Source of the DNA: Syntrophales bacterium
Lineage (GTDB): Bacteria; Desulfobacterota; Syntrophia; Syntrophales; PHBD01
Assembly (NCBI GenBank): GCA_963668175.1
Contig: OY764159.1
Span: 3,648,001-3,712,000 of the forward strand
Direction: 5' to 3'
Length of the DNA: 64,000 nucleotides
Position 1 is the first letter of the stretch, and the number at the start of each line of letters is the position of its first letter. Shown in pieces: positions 10,338-18,561 of the stretch. The notes under the pieces are model-generated. The model did no database searches and had not been told where the DNA came from. It saw nothing but the letters and a program-made list of their open reading frames with translations. The translations under genes and the position numbers were made by a program.

Positions 10338-11048
10338 ATGGAACGAATTCAAAAACACCCTGCCGGAGGGCCCTTTTCCGGGAGGTTCGTATCGATCATC
10401 ACTGCAACACTCTGCCTGGTCGCACTGTTCGCGCTTCAAGCCTGCACCCCGGCGGTCTATCAGATCAACCTCAAATTCATACCGCCGGAAAGGGCCATTC
10501 AGCAACCCCGGCCGGATGCCAAGATAACCGTAGCCACGTTCAACGATATCCGCCGGATGGACGACCGTCTTCTTCTGGGACAGATTAAATCTTCCGGCGA
10601 CGTCGTCCCGATCTTGCCCATGAAAGAGCGCGTCCCAGAGGCGGTCACGAGCAGCATCCGGGACGTCCTGTCCCGGGCAGGCTATAAGCTGACCGATGAA
10701 AGACCTGTATGGGACCTCAAAGAGACAACGATCAATCCTCACTGGGGCAGACTGGTGATCGGAGGTAATATCGACACACTGGAGATGACCGGAGAGGATG
10801 CGATCCCGGTGAAGACTTACCAGACCAAAGTCCGCCTGACTTTTGTCCTGGCCGATTGCGCCGCCGGGAAAATCCTTTACCGTTCCTCCGTGGAAACAAG
10901 TTCTTCCCTTAAGGATATCACCTTTTCAGGGGAGAGAATCGAAAAGGAAATCAACACGACCCTGACGGACGCCCTGATGAAGATGCTCAACGATCCGGCA
11001 ACGACCAGAAAGATCGACGAGGCGCTTTCCGGGAAAATACTTCAATAA
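10338..11048 (+). CDS. Lipoprotein (possibly YajG-like)
   Basis: Hydrophobic signal with lipobox LQAC; GGAGG RBS. Confidence 0.75.
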   Translation: MERIQKHPAGGPFSGRFVSIITATLCLVALFALQACTPAVYQINLKFIPPERAIQQPRPDAKITVATFNDIRRMDDRLLLGQIKSSGDVVPILPMKERVPEAVTSSIRDVLSRAGYKLTDERPVWDLKETTINPHWGRLVIGGNIDTLEMTGEDAIPVKTYQTKVRLTFVLADCAAGKILYRSSVETSSSLKDITFSGERIEKEINTTLTDALMKMLNDPATTRKIDEALSGKILQ

Positions 11049-11196
11049 AAATAAGAATGAAGGTGATTCGGTTGGCTGCATCGGGATGTTGAAGGGCATG
11101 ACCTCCGTCCGAGAAAGCTTCGGGGATTCGCCGGATGAATCCTTGCGAATCCTTTTCGTAAATAAATGATTGCAAATCTTCGCAATTTGCTTTATC

Positions 11197-11227
11197 TGAT
11201 TTGTACACAAATCATTTGTTTAGAAAT
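11197..11227. promoter_or_regulatory. Putative MarR operator upstream of pal (perfect 8-2-8 palindrome plus second site)
   Basis: TGATTTGT-AC-ACAAATCA followed by an overlapping ATTTGT-TT-AGAAAT. Confidence 0.6.
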
Positions 11228-11455
11228 ATCTTTGCCTGAATGTCCATGTCTGCGACCCATGATGGGTGCACAGGTCACAGGCAAGGCGGATCACCGGGGC
11301 AGACGTTTTCCCCGGATGAGATCGTTCCGGCAGACGGGCTCGTCGAAGCTTGTCCGGTATAAGGGGTGATACTGAGGAAAAGGAGGGACTGGAGGAGGCA
11401 GGGGAAAAAATTATCAGAGGAAGATACTCATTTCACGAAAGGAAACGGGAAACGT

Positions 11456-11986
11456 ATGATGCGAAATCGCTCTGTACTCTTGATGGTTGTGACATTCATT
11501 TTTACTACTCTTGTTTTATTCGGTTGCACGCAGAAAGCCGCCGTTAAAGACGATTCGGCAGCAAGTGAGAAGAAGGCGGCAGTTCAACCTGCAGTAAAAG
11601 AAAAAGAGCAGGTGCAGGTGAAACAAGCGGAAGCGAAGCCGGAAGTCTTCGCCCTGGATAAAGTCTATTTTGCCTATAACAGCGCCAAGATCAGAAAAGG
11701 CGACCAGGCCGCTCTCGACAAGAATGCCAAATGGCTGAAAGCCAATAACGCCGCCAAGGTTACGGTCGAGGGTTACTGCGACGAGAGAGGAACGGCCGAA
11801 TATAACCTGGCCCTCGGTGAAAGAAGAGCCAAGTCGGCAGTGAAATACCTGGTCGGCAAAGGCATTTCGGCGAAGAACCTGAAGACGGTAAGTTTCGGCA
11901 AGGATAAGCCTGCGGATCCGGGCCATAACGAAAAGGCCTGGGCAAAAAACCGGAGAGTCGAGTTTGTACTGAACAACGGTCAATAA
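11456..11986 (+). CDS. pal: Peptidoglycan-associated lipoprotein (OmpA C-terminal domain)
   Basis: Lipobox LFGC; VYFAYNS, EGYCDERGTAEYNLALGERRA, SFGKDKP, KNRRVEF. Confidence 0.93.
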   Translation: MMRNRSVLLMVVTFIFTTLVLFGCTQKAAVKDDSAASEKKAAVQPAVKEKEQVQVKQAEAKPEVFALDKVYFAYNSAKIRKGDQAALDKNAKWLKANNAAKVTVEGYCDERGTAEYNLALGERRAKSAVKYLVGKGISAKNLKTVSFGKDKPADPGHNEKAWAKNRRVEFVLNNGQ

Positions 11987-12008
11987 ACCGGCCAATGCAA
12001 ACCTGACC

Positions 12009-12073
12009 TGCAGAGCAGGGTTTATATGGATTTGCCTCCTTTTCTTCCATACCTGCCGCCACCCTGCTCTGCA
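12009..12073. repeat. Nested inverted repeat / long hairpin downstream of pal
   Basis: TGCAGAGCAGGGT (12009-21) pairs with ACCCTGCTCTGCA (12061-73); inner TATGGA/TCCATA stem with CCTCCTT in the loop. Confidence 0.65.
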
Positions 12074-12323
12074 TCATTATGAATATCGTTTATTGCATAT
12101 CCGCTCCTTCCGTAAAGGGGTGGTTGAAAAATCTGATTCCTGTTTTAAGCCTTTCCGGATCTTGGTAAAGGCATCGGGGGTGCCCTCGAATGTTTCACTT
12201 CCCGGTTTTGCTTTTCCACCGCGTCTCGATAGGTGTATGCAGTAAAAAAACGATCCGGCCGCATTTGACATCCGGCCCAATTTTTTATAGCCAATCCGGC
12301 AAGGGATATGCTACGGAATCGAC

Positions 12324-13805
12324 ATGATCGTATCAACGAACCCTTGGATGGATGACCTCGCCCGGATGATTGACGCTGAAGGCATCCTGAAAAATCCTGA
12401 TGATGCCCGCTTGGTCCCGGCCCAGTTTTATGCCCGAACACTTGCCGAGTTTTTCGACCAGATGCAGTCCCTGGTCCGTTCATCGGGATGGGAAAAGAGA
12501 CGGATAGCCGTCTTTGTCGACGGTTTTCCGAAACAATCGTCAGAAGGTCGGGACGGCACCATCGACAATGCGTTCCAATGCCTCCTGCAGGACATGGGGC
12601 TCGCCTACGACTGGATCGATCTTTCCTCTGTTCTCGGTTTACCTTCCGCCGATATCCATTCATCACATACCCACATGGACAAGATCCGCGGAACGTTGCA
12701 TGGCCGCGAAAAAGATATCTGCATTGTCCTCGGCTCAGGTACAGTTACCGATCTCGTAAAACACTCCCTGTTTCTTGAGGGATACGCATCGCCGTTGATC
12801 TCCGTGCCGACCGCCCTGACGGTAACGGCATTCACTTCTGCCTTCTCGATCATCGATTTCCATGGAGCCAAAAGGACACAAGTGTCCCGTGAGGTAACGG
12901 CGACGTTCTGGGCGGAACCGTTTTTGAGATGCGCCCCGACACGGATGTCCAGGGCAGGATTCGGCGATCTTTTGGCGCGTTTCGTTGCATACGGCGATTG
13001 GTACCTAGGTTACCGCCTGGGGGTTATGAAACGCTACGATGAACGCGCTTACCGCTTGATGGAACCATTTGTACCAGGAATAAGGACCAGCGCTTCCGGG
13101 TTTGGCTGTCATCCCCTTCCGGCTGAAACCACGGCCTGTACGGCTGCGGCCCTGGCCATGGCCGGAATCGCCATGTCGACGGCCGGAGAGACGACACCTC
13201 TGTCCGGTTACGAACATGTAATCAGCCACGCCCTCGATTTTCTGAACCTCCTCTCGGGCAGAGAACTGGTCTTTCATGGGGAACAGGTAGCACTGGGCTC
13301 ACTTATCAGCGCCCGGACCATCGATTGGCTATTGGCATTGCCCTCTGTTTCGCAAAATGGATGGCGTGTGGAGACGGCAGAGAAAGCGGGTCAAAGTCTC
13401 TCCCTTATGATGGACCGCATTCCTCTGGCTGACGTGTCGCCAATGAGCACGGATGATTCCCTCCGTGAAAAGCTGGAGGCGGCCAGACAGGAATTCGCTG
13501 CCGAATACGAGAAGAAGTCGTCGCTCTGGCGCGATGCGTCACGAAAACGCCAAGCCTTCCCGGACGACTGGAAGGAAATCAGACGGAACCTGGCCCGCCT
13601 GACTTTACGAACGGACGAAATGGAAAAGCTCCTTAAGCAGTCAGGCCTTCCCCTTCGTCCGGAATATACCTATCCGCCGACTTCTGTTGAAGCTTTTCAT
13701 TGGGCCGTGAGTTTTGCCCCATTCGTCCGGTCGCGCATGAATATCGCCGACCTGATCTACTGGCTGGGCAAAGACCCTGCCTTTATATTGGCATCCCGCC
13801 AATGA
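12324..13805 (+). CDS. sn-glycerol-1-phosphate dehydrogenase-like (AraM/EgsA family, Fe-ADH/DHQS fold) oxidoreductase
   Basis: GSGTVTDLVK, VPTA, AGFGDLLA, SGYEHVISHALD, FHGEQVALG (Asp/His/His metal ligands). Confidence 0.8.
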   Translation: MIVSTNPWMDDLARMIDAEGILKNPDDARLVPAQFYARTLAEFFDQMQSLVRSSGWEKRRIAVFVDGFPKQSSEGRDGTIDNAFQCLLQDMGLAYDWIDLSSVLGLPSADIHSSHTHMDKIRGTLHGREKDICIVLGSGTVTDLVKHSLFLEGYASPLISVPTALTVTAFTSAFSIIDFHGAKRTQVSREVTATFWAEPFLRCAPTRMSRAGFGDLLARFVAYGDWYLGYRLGVMKRYDERAYRLMEPFVPGIRTSASGFGCHPLPAETTACTAAALAMAGIAMSTAGETTPLSGYEHVISHALDFLNLLSGRELVFHGEQVALGSLISARTIDWLLALPSVSQNGWRVETAEKAGQSLSLMMDRIPLADVSPMSTDDSLREKLEAARQEFAAEYEKKSSLWRDASRKRQAFPDDWKEIRRNLARLTLRTDEMEKLLKQSGLPLRPEYTYPPTSVEAFHWAVSFAPFVRSRMNIADLIYWLGKDPAFILASRQ

Positions 13806-13886
13806 AGCTTTCCTGTCCGTTTCTTATACCCTGAAATAATAGCAACTTCTTGATAATTAACAACTTATTATAAATCCTCTCCTGCC

Positions 13887-13915
13887 TTGACAAACGATAC
13901 CGTTTTCTCTATAGT
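13887..13915 (+). promoter_or_regulatory. Sigma70 promoter of the ABC importer operon
   Basis: TTGACA-N17-TATAGT. Confidence 0.75.
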
Positions 13916-14017
13916 CGGCGCGCGTAAAGCCTCATACGAGGCAGTAGACGGCGATGCTCGCCGTGTTGCTCCTGTTTGCATATCATCATAAAATCAGCTG
14001 AGGGGAGAGATGATGCT

Positions 14018-15043
14018 ATGAAAAGTATTCGCGTAAAGGGAATGGCGGTTATTGCCGGGGCGCTTTTAATCCTTGGAACAGTCGCGGGGCCGGCGCTGGG
14101 CGCCGAGGCAGCATCCGGAAAAGTCATGATCTATACTTCTATTTACCTGCACATTATCGAACAGTTGAAACCCGTTCTGAAGCAGAAGTATCCCAATATC
14201 GACGTCCAGTGGTTTTATGGGGGATCGGAAAAGGTAATCACCAAGCTCACGGCCGAATTCGAACAGGGCAACACAATGGCGGATCTCATTATGATCGCCG
14301 ATCCCGCCTACTACAACGCGCTGAAGCGCGACAAGAGGCTCCTTCAATACCGGTCGACCAATCACAAATTTCTCTTTCCCGACTATGTGGATAAGGAGGG
14401 CTATTACTCCGGCGTCCGCATGAACATCATGGGCATTGCCTACAATAAGAAACTCGTTTCGGCGGCTAATCTGCCCAAGACCTGGTGGGATCTGGCCGAT
14501 CCCAAATGGCGCGGCAAGGTCGGGATGCCCAACCCCCTGCTTTCAGGAACGGCCTTCGTTTCTACGGCGGGACTGGCCAGGTCGCCGAAGCACGGCTGGC
14601 GTTACTTCGAGGCCCTGCGAAAGAACAACGTCACCTGTGAACCGGGAAACGGTGCTGTTGAGACGAAACTGTTGAGCGGCCAGTTGGCCGTGGGCATGCT
14701 CCTGGAAGAAAACGTTCTGAAGGCTGCCGGTGAAGGCAAGCCTCTGGGCTTTATCTACCCTGCCGACGGCCCCGTGGTCATCCCCGCTCCCATCGGCATC
14801 ATGAGGACCACGAAGAACCCGGCGGCGGCCAAGGTTATAAACGACTTTTTCTTATCCAAGGAAGGACAGCAGGCCATCCTCGCCGGATGGATGGCGTCGG
14901 TCCGCCCGGATATGCCTGCACCGAAAGGCGCTGCCCTGACGATGAAAGACATACGTAAGATCGCCCTGCCTATGGATTGGGACGCCATCAGCAGGGACCC
15001 GGATAAGGTCAAGGAGCAGTTCGACAAGATCGTCCTTCATTAA
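14018..15043 (+). CDS. ABC transporter substrate-binding protein (Fe3+/AfuA/thiamine-like family)
   Basis: Signal peptide; IYTS, ADLIMIAD, PKTWWDLADPKWRGKVGMPNPLLSGT, FLSKEGQ. Confidence 0.88.
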   Translation: MKSIRVKGMAVIAGALLILGTVAGPALGAEAASGKVMIYTSIYLHIIEQLKPVLKQKYPNIDVQWFYGGSEKVITKLTAEFEQGNTMADLIMIADPAYYNALKRDKRLLQYRSTNHKFLFPDYVDKEGYYSGVRMNIMGIAYNKKLVSAANLPKTWWDLADPKWRGKVGMPNPLLSGTAFVSTAGLARSPKHGWRYFEALRKNNVTCEPGNGAVETKLLSGQLAVGMLLEENVLKAAGEGKPLGFIYPADGPVVIPAPIGIMRTTKNPAAAKVINDFFLSKEGQQAILAGWMASVRPDMPAPKGAALTMKDIRKIALPMDWDAISRDPDKVKEQFDKIVLH

Positions 15044-15096
15044 ACGGTTAAAATTTTGCTGCCTGAAGAGTCATCTTCAGCACTCGGTTCACCATT

Positions 15097-15140
15097 GCCC
15101 GACGTCCCGCGATAAGCTCTCGACATCAGGGACGTCGGGC
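15097..15140 (+). other. Intercistronic stem-loop after SBP gene (probable mRNA-stabilising hairpin)
   Basis: GCCCGACGTCCC pairs with GGGACGTCGGGC; no U-tract follows. Confidence 0.5.
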
Positions 15141-15252
15141 CATTGAATCGGAAACGGTGCCTCTGCGACGGATCGCGGGCGGTCATCGTCTTTCGGCAGC
15201 GAATATTTTCAGAAGATCGCACATGTAATATGCAAGCGGAGCGACTCCAGCC

Positions 15253-16938
15253 ATGATGCCTTTCAAGGGGATCTTCACGTGGCGCAATACTGTAATCGGG
15301 GCCGCCCTGTTTTTTCTTTTCACTTTTGTCCTCCTGCCGCTTCTCCTGCTCGTCTGGAAGAGTTTCTTCAATGAAGATGGAGTTTTAAGCCTCCAGAACT
15401 ATATTGCCGTATACAGCAAAGGCGGCAATTGGGATGCCGTGGTGTCGACGCTGGTCATCTGCGGGCTCACCATGCTTTTTTCCATGATCTTCGCCACGGG
15501 TCTAGCCTGGCTCGTCGTTCGCAGCGATTTGCCCTTCAAGAACCAGTTCCGGGCTCTCTTCTTCATGCCCTACATCATCCCGCCTTATGTCGGTGCCATC
15601 GCCTGGATTTTGCTGTTGACGCCCGGAGTCGGCTATATCAACCAGATGCTGATCAATCTTTTCGGTTTGGAAGTGCCGGGACCGTTCGATATCTACTCAA
15701 CGGCGGGACTGGTTTGGGTCATGACCCTTTTCTATTACCCGCTGGCCTTTCTCAATGTGGCCAGTGCCCTGGAACAGATGGACAATTCCCTGGAAGAAGC
15801 GGCCAGGATAAGCGGGGCCGGACCGCTACGGGTCTTCCGGGATGTCACCCTGCCCCTCGTAGCGCCCAGTTTCTTTGCCGGAGGCTTGCTCGTTTTTGCC
15901 GCTTCCGCTTCCGCGTTCGGGGTTCCGGCCATGATCGGCATGCCCGGCAGGATCTATGTCCTGTCCACGCAGGTTATGACCTACATCTACATGGGTACGT
16001 CGTCGGGAATGAGGGAGGCGACCGCTCTGTCCGTCGTCCTGATGGTACTGGCCGTCATCACGATGACTGCGGGAAACTGGATGCTCAGCAAAAGGAAATA
16101 TACCCTCGTGGGCGGCAAGAGCACCCGGGTCCTGTCCGTGAACCTCGGGCGGATGAAACCGCTGGCCGTGGGATTCGCCTTGGTGATGGGCTTTCTTCTC
16201 GTCATTTTGCCCATCGGCGCCATCGTTTTGACCTCCTTCATCAACATCTTCGGCGAACCGGTCGGTACGGACAATCTTACTTTAAATCATTACCAGTACG
16301 TCCTGTCCTTCAAGATGGCCATGGAGGCCTTCCGCAACAGCTTTCTTATGGGGGCGGCCGCCGCCACGCTGGCGTTGATCCTGGCGAGCCTCATCGCCTA
16401 TTACCGCGTCAAGGCGGGGAGCAAACTGGCCGCCCTGTCCGATCTGATCGCCACAGTGCCTTATGCCACCCCCGGTACCGTGATCGCGCTGGCGCTCATC
16501 ATCGCCTTCTCCGGTAAATACGGCCTCAATCTCTACAATACGTTCACGATTCTGATTATTGCCTATATGATCAAGTATCTGGCCTTCTCCGTCCGCACCC
16601 TTGCGGCCTCTCTCGAACAGATCGACCTCTCCCTGGAGGAGGCCGCCCAGATTTCCGGGGCGAGTTGGATTCAAAGCTTCAAGGACATTATCCTGCCGCT
16701 GGTCAGACCCGGTCTTATAGCCGCCTGGTTTCTCGTTTTCATGACGACATTCTACGAGCTGACCATGACGATCCTGCTCTACGGACCGGAAACCCACAAC
16801 CTGGGGGTCGTCCTTTACGAACTGCAAACCTATTCCAACCAGCAGGCCGCTTCGGTCCTGGCGGTCCTGATCCTGATTGTCGTCATTGGCGGCAACCTGT
16901 TGATCAGCAAGTTAACCAAGGGAAAGATTGCCATCTGA
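15253..16938 (+). CDS. ABC transporter permease (FbpB/AfuB-type, duplicated)
   Basis: Two EAA loops (LEEAARISGA, LEEAAQISGA); ~12 TM segments. Confidence 0.92.
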   Translation: MMPFKGIFTWRNTVIGAALFFLFTFVLLPLLLLVWKSFFNEDGVLSLQNYIAVYSKGGNWDAVVSTLVICGLTMLFSMIFATGLAWLVVRSDLPFKNQFRALFFMPYIIPPYVGAIAWILLLTPGVGYINQMLINLFGLEVPGPFDIYSTAGLVWVMTLFYYPLAFLNVASALEQMDNSLEEAARISGAGPLRVFRDVTLPLVAPSFFAGGLLVFAASASAFGVPAMIGMPGRIYVLSTQVMTYIYMGTSSGMREATALSVVLMVLAVITMTAGNWMLSKRKYTLVGGKSTRVLSVNLGRMKPLAVGFALVMGFLLVILPIGAIVLTSFINIFGEPVGTDNLTLNHYQYVLSFKMAMEAFRNSFLMGAAAATLALILASLIAYYRVKAGSKLAALSDLIATVPYATPGTVIALALIIAFSGKYGLNLYNTFTILIIAYMIKYLAFSVRTLAASLEQIDLSLEEAAQISGASWIQSFKDIILPLVRPGLIAAWFLVFMTTFYELTMTILLYGPETHNLGVVLYELQTYSNQQAASVLAVLILIVVIGGNLLISKLTKGKIAI

Positions 16939-16949
16939 GGTGCAAGAAT

Positions 16950-18029
16950 ATGGCTGATGTCGTTTTTGAAAATTTGGCGAAACATTTCGGCACGGTCAAA
17001 GCCGTTTCCGGTTTTACCGAGAGGATTGAGGACGGTGAATTCATTTCGCTGCTTGGCCCGTCAGGCTGCGGGAAGACCACTTGCCTTAGAATCGTCGCCG
17101 GCTTTGAAAAGGCCACGGCGGGCCGCGTCTACATCGGCGGCCGCCTGGTCAGTTGCTCCGAGACCAATACCTATCTCCCACCGGAAGAACGGAACATCGG
17201 CATGGTCTTTCAGTCCTATGCCGTATGGCCCCATATGAATGTATTTGCCAACGTGGCCTACCCGCTGAAAGTCAGAAAGACGCCTAAGAAAATCATACGG
17301 AAAAAAGTCGAGGAAACGCTTGAGCTTGTCCATCTCGCCGGACTGGAAAAACGCCTTCCCAGCCAGCTTTCGGGTGGCCAGCAGCAGCGGGTGGCCTTGG
17401 CCCGGGCGCTGATCGCGGAGCCTTCGCTGCTTCTGCTCGACGAACCGCTTTCCAATCTTGATGCCAAGCTCCGAGAAAGCATGCGTTTTGAAATCAAGGA
17501 CGTCCAGCGGCGCCTCGGAATCACGGTCATTTATGTGACGCATGATCAGGCCGAAGCAATGGTCATGTCAGACCGTATTATCGTCATGGACAAGGGATTG
17601 ATCCAACAGTCGGACGTCCCCAGGAAAATTTATGAATCGCCCGCCAATACGTTTGTCGCCGATTTCATCGGACTCATCAATTTCTTTGAGGCCGCCATCG
17701 TTTCCACCAGCGAAAACGAGGCCGTTGCCGAACTCGTCGGGACACCCGGTCCGGTTCGTTTAGCGTGCTCCGTAACCTCTGCGGTCCAGCCGGGAGACAA
17801 AGTGACGCTGGCATCCCGGCCCGAATCGATCATCCTGTCCGGATCGCCCGAGGAAGGCGCCATTCCCGGCCGGCTTTTGCGGAAAATATATCTCGGAAAT
17901 GAAACGGATTATCGCGTGGCGCTGGGCGACAAGGAAGTGCGTGCCACGGCCTACACCGCGGCGGACGGCTTCAGCGAAGGCAGTAACGTGTGGATGACGT
18001 TCAAGAAGACATTGATTATGAATCGTTGA
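16950..18029 (+). CDS. ABC transporter ATP-binding protein (FbpC/PotA-type, TOBE)
   Basis: [30 protein letters not shown] at 16950. Confidence 0.93.
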   Translation: MADVVFENLAKHFGTVKAVSGFTERIEDGEFISLLGPSGCGKTTCLRIVAGFEKATAGRVYIGGRLVSCSETNTYLPPEERNIGMVFQSYAVWPHMNVFANVAYPLKVRKTPKKIIRKKVEETLELVHLAGLEKRLPSQLSGGQQQRVALARALIAEPSLLLLDEPLSNLDAKLRESMRFEIKDVQRRLGITVIYVTHDQAEAMVMSDRIIVMDKGLIQQSDVPRKIYESPANTFVADFIGLINFFEAAIVSTSENEAVAELVGTPGPVRLACSVTSAVQPGDKVTLASRPESIILSGSPEEGAIPGRLLRKIYLGNETDYRVALGDKEVRATAYTAADGFSEGSNVWMTFKKTLIMNR

Positions 18030-18051
18030 CACATGGCCGCCGGGCGACAGT

Positions 18052-18450
18052 TCATGCCCGCTTCTTCTTCGCCTTTTTAAAGGCGTCGATGTATCTCACA
18101 AGGATAGGATTCCTCTCCCCGAAACCGGATTCGAAGGCGATTCCCGTCCGGAAGAATCGGCCGCGCCCCTTCCTGCTGTATACGACGGTCCCCGTCATCT
18201 TCACAATATCCTCTTTAAGACCGATCTCCAGGAGGATGCAGCTTCCCAGCTCAAGGAGCGCATGCGTCTCCAGCAAGATGCCGCCTTCGCTGATGTCGAG
18301 CGTCCTGCCAACCCTGCCGGCGATTTCATTCTTATCCAGGTCTACACCCGTATAAGCGACCATGTTGTGCGACACATGGCGTTCATGTCTTCTCTGTTCG
18401 ACGACCTCTTTCTTTTTCACCCTGCGGTACTCCTTTGTAGAAATATGCAT
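18052..18450 (-). CDS. PilZ domain protein
   Basis: RRHER (RxxxR) and DISEGG (DxSxxG) c-di-GMP binding motifs. Confidence 0.88.
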   Translation of the reverse strand: MHISTKEYRRVKKKEVVEQRRHERHVSHNMVAYTGVDLDKNEIAGRVGRTLDISEGGILLETHALLELGSCILLEIGLKEDIVKMTGTVVYSRKGRGRFFRTGIAFESGFGERNPILVRYIDAFKKAKKKRA

Positions 18451-18561
18451 ATCAACAATATGATTCAGACACCGGCATAAATACCGTCAAGAAGATCCGG
18501 ACGCCTGATCACGGCCTTGACTTCGCCGACAAGGGCCTGTTTACGGATCTCGGTCTCCCTG

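Noticed and set aside
15429..16517. Long alternative-frame and antisense ORFs (also 9720-10742, 22961-24487, 51799-53052, 58701-60029)
   Set aside because: They overlap well-supported genes and are the expected shadows of GC-rich codon usage.
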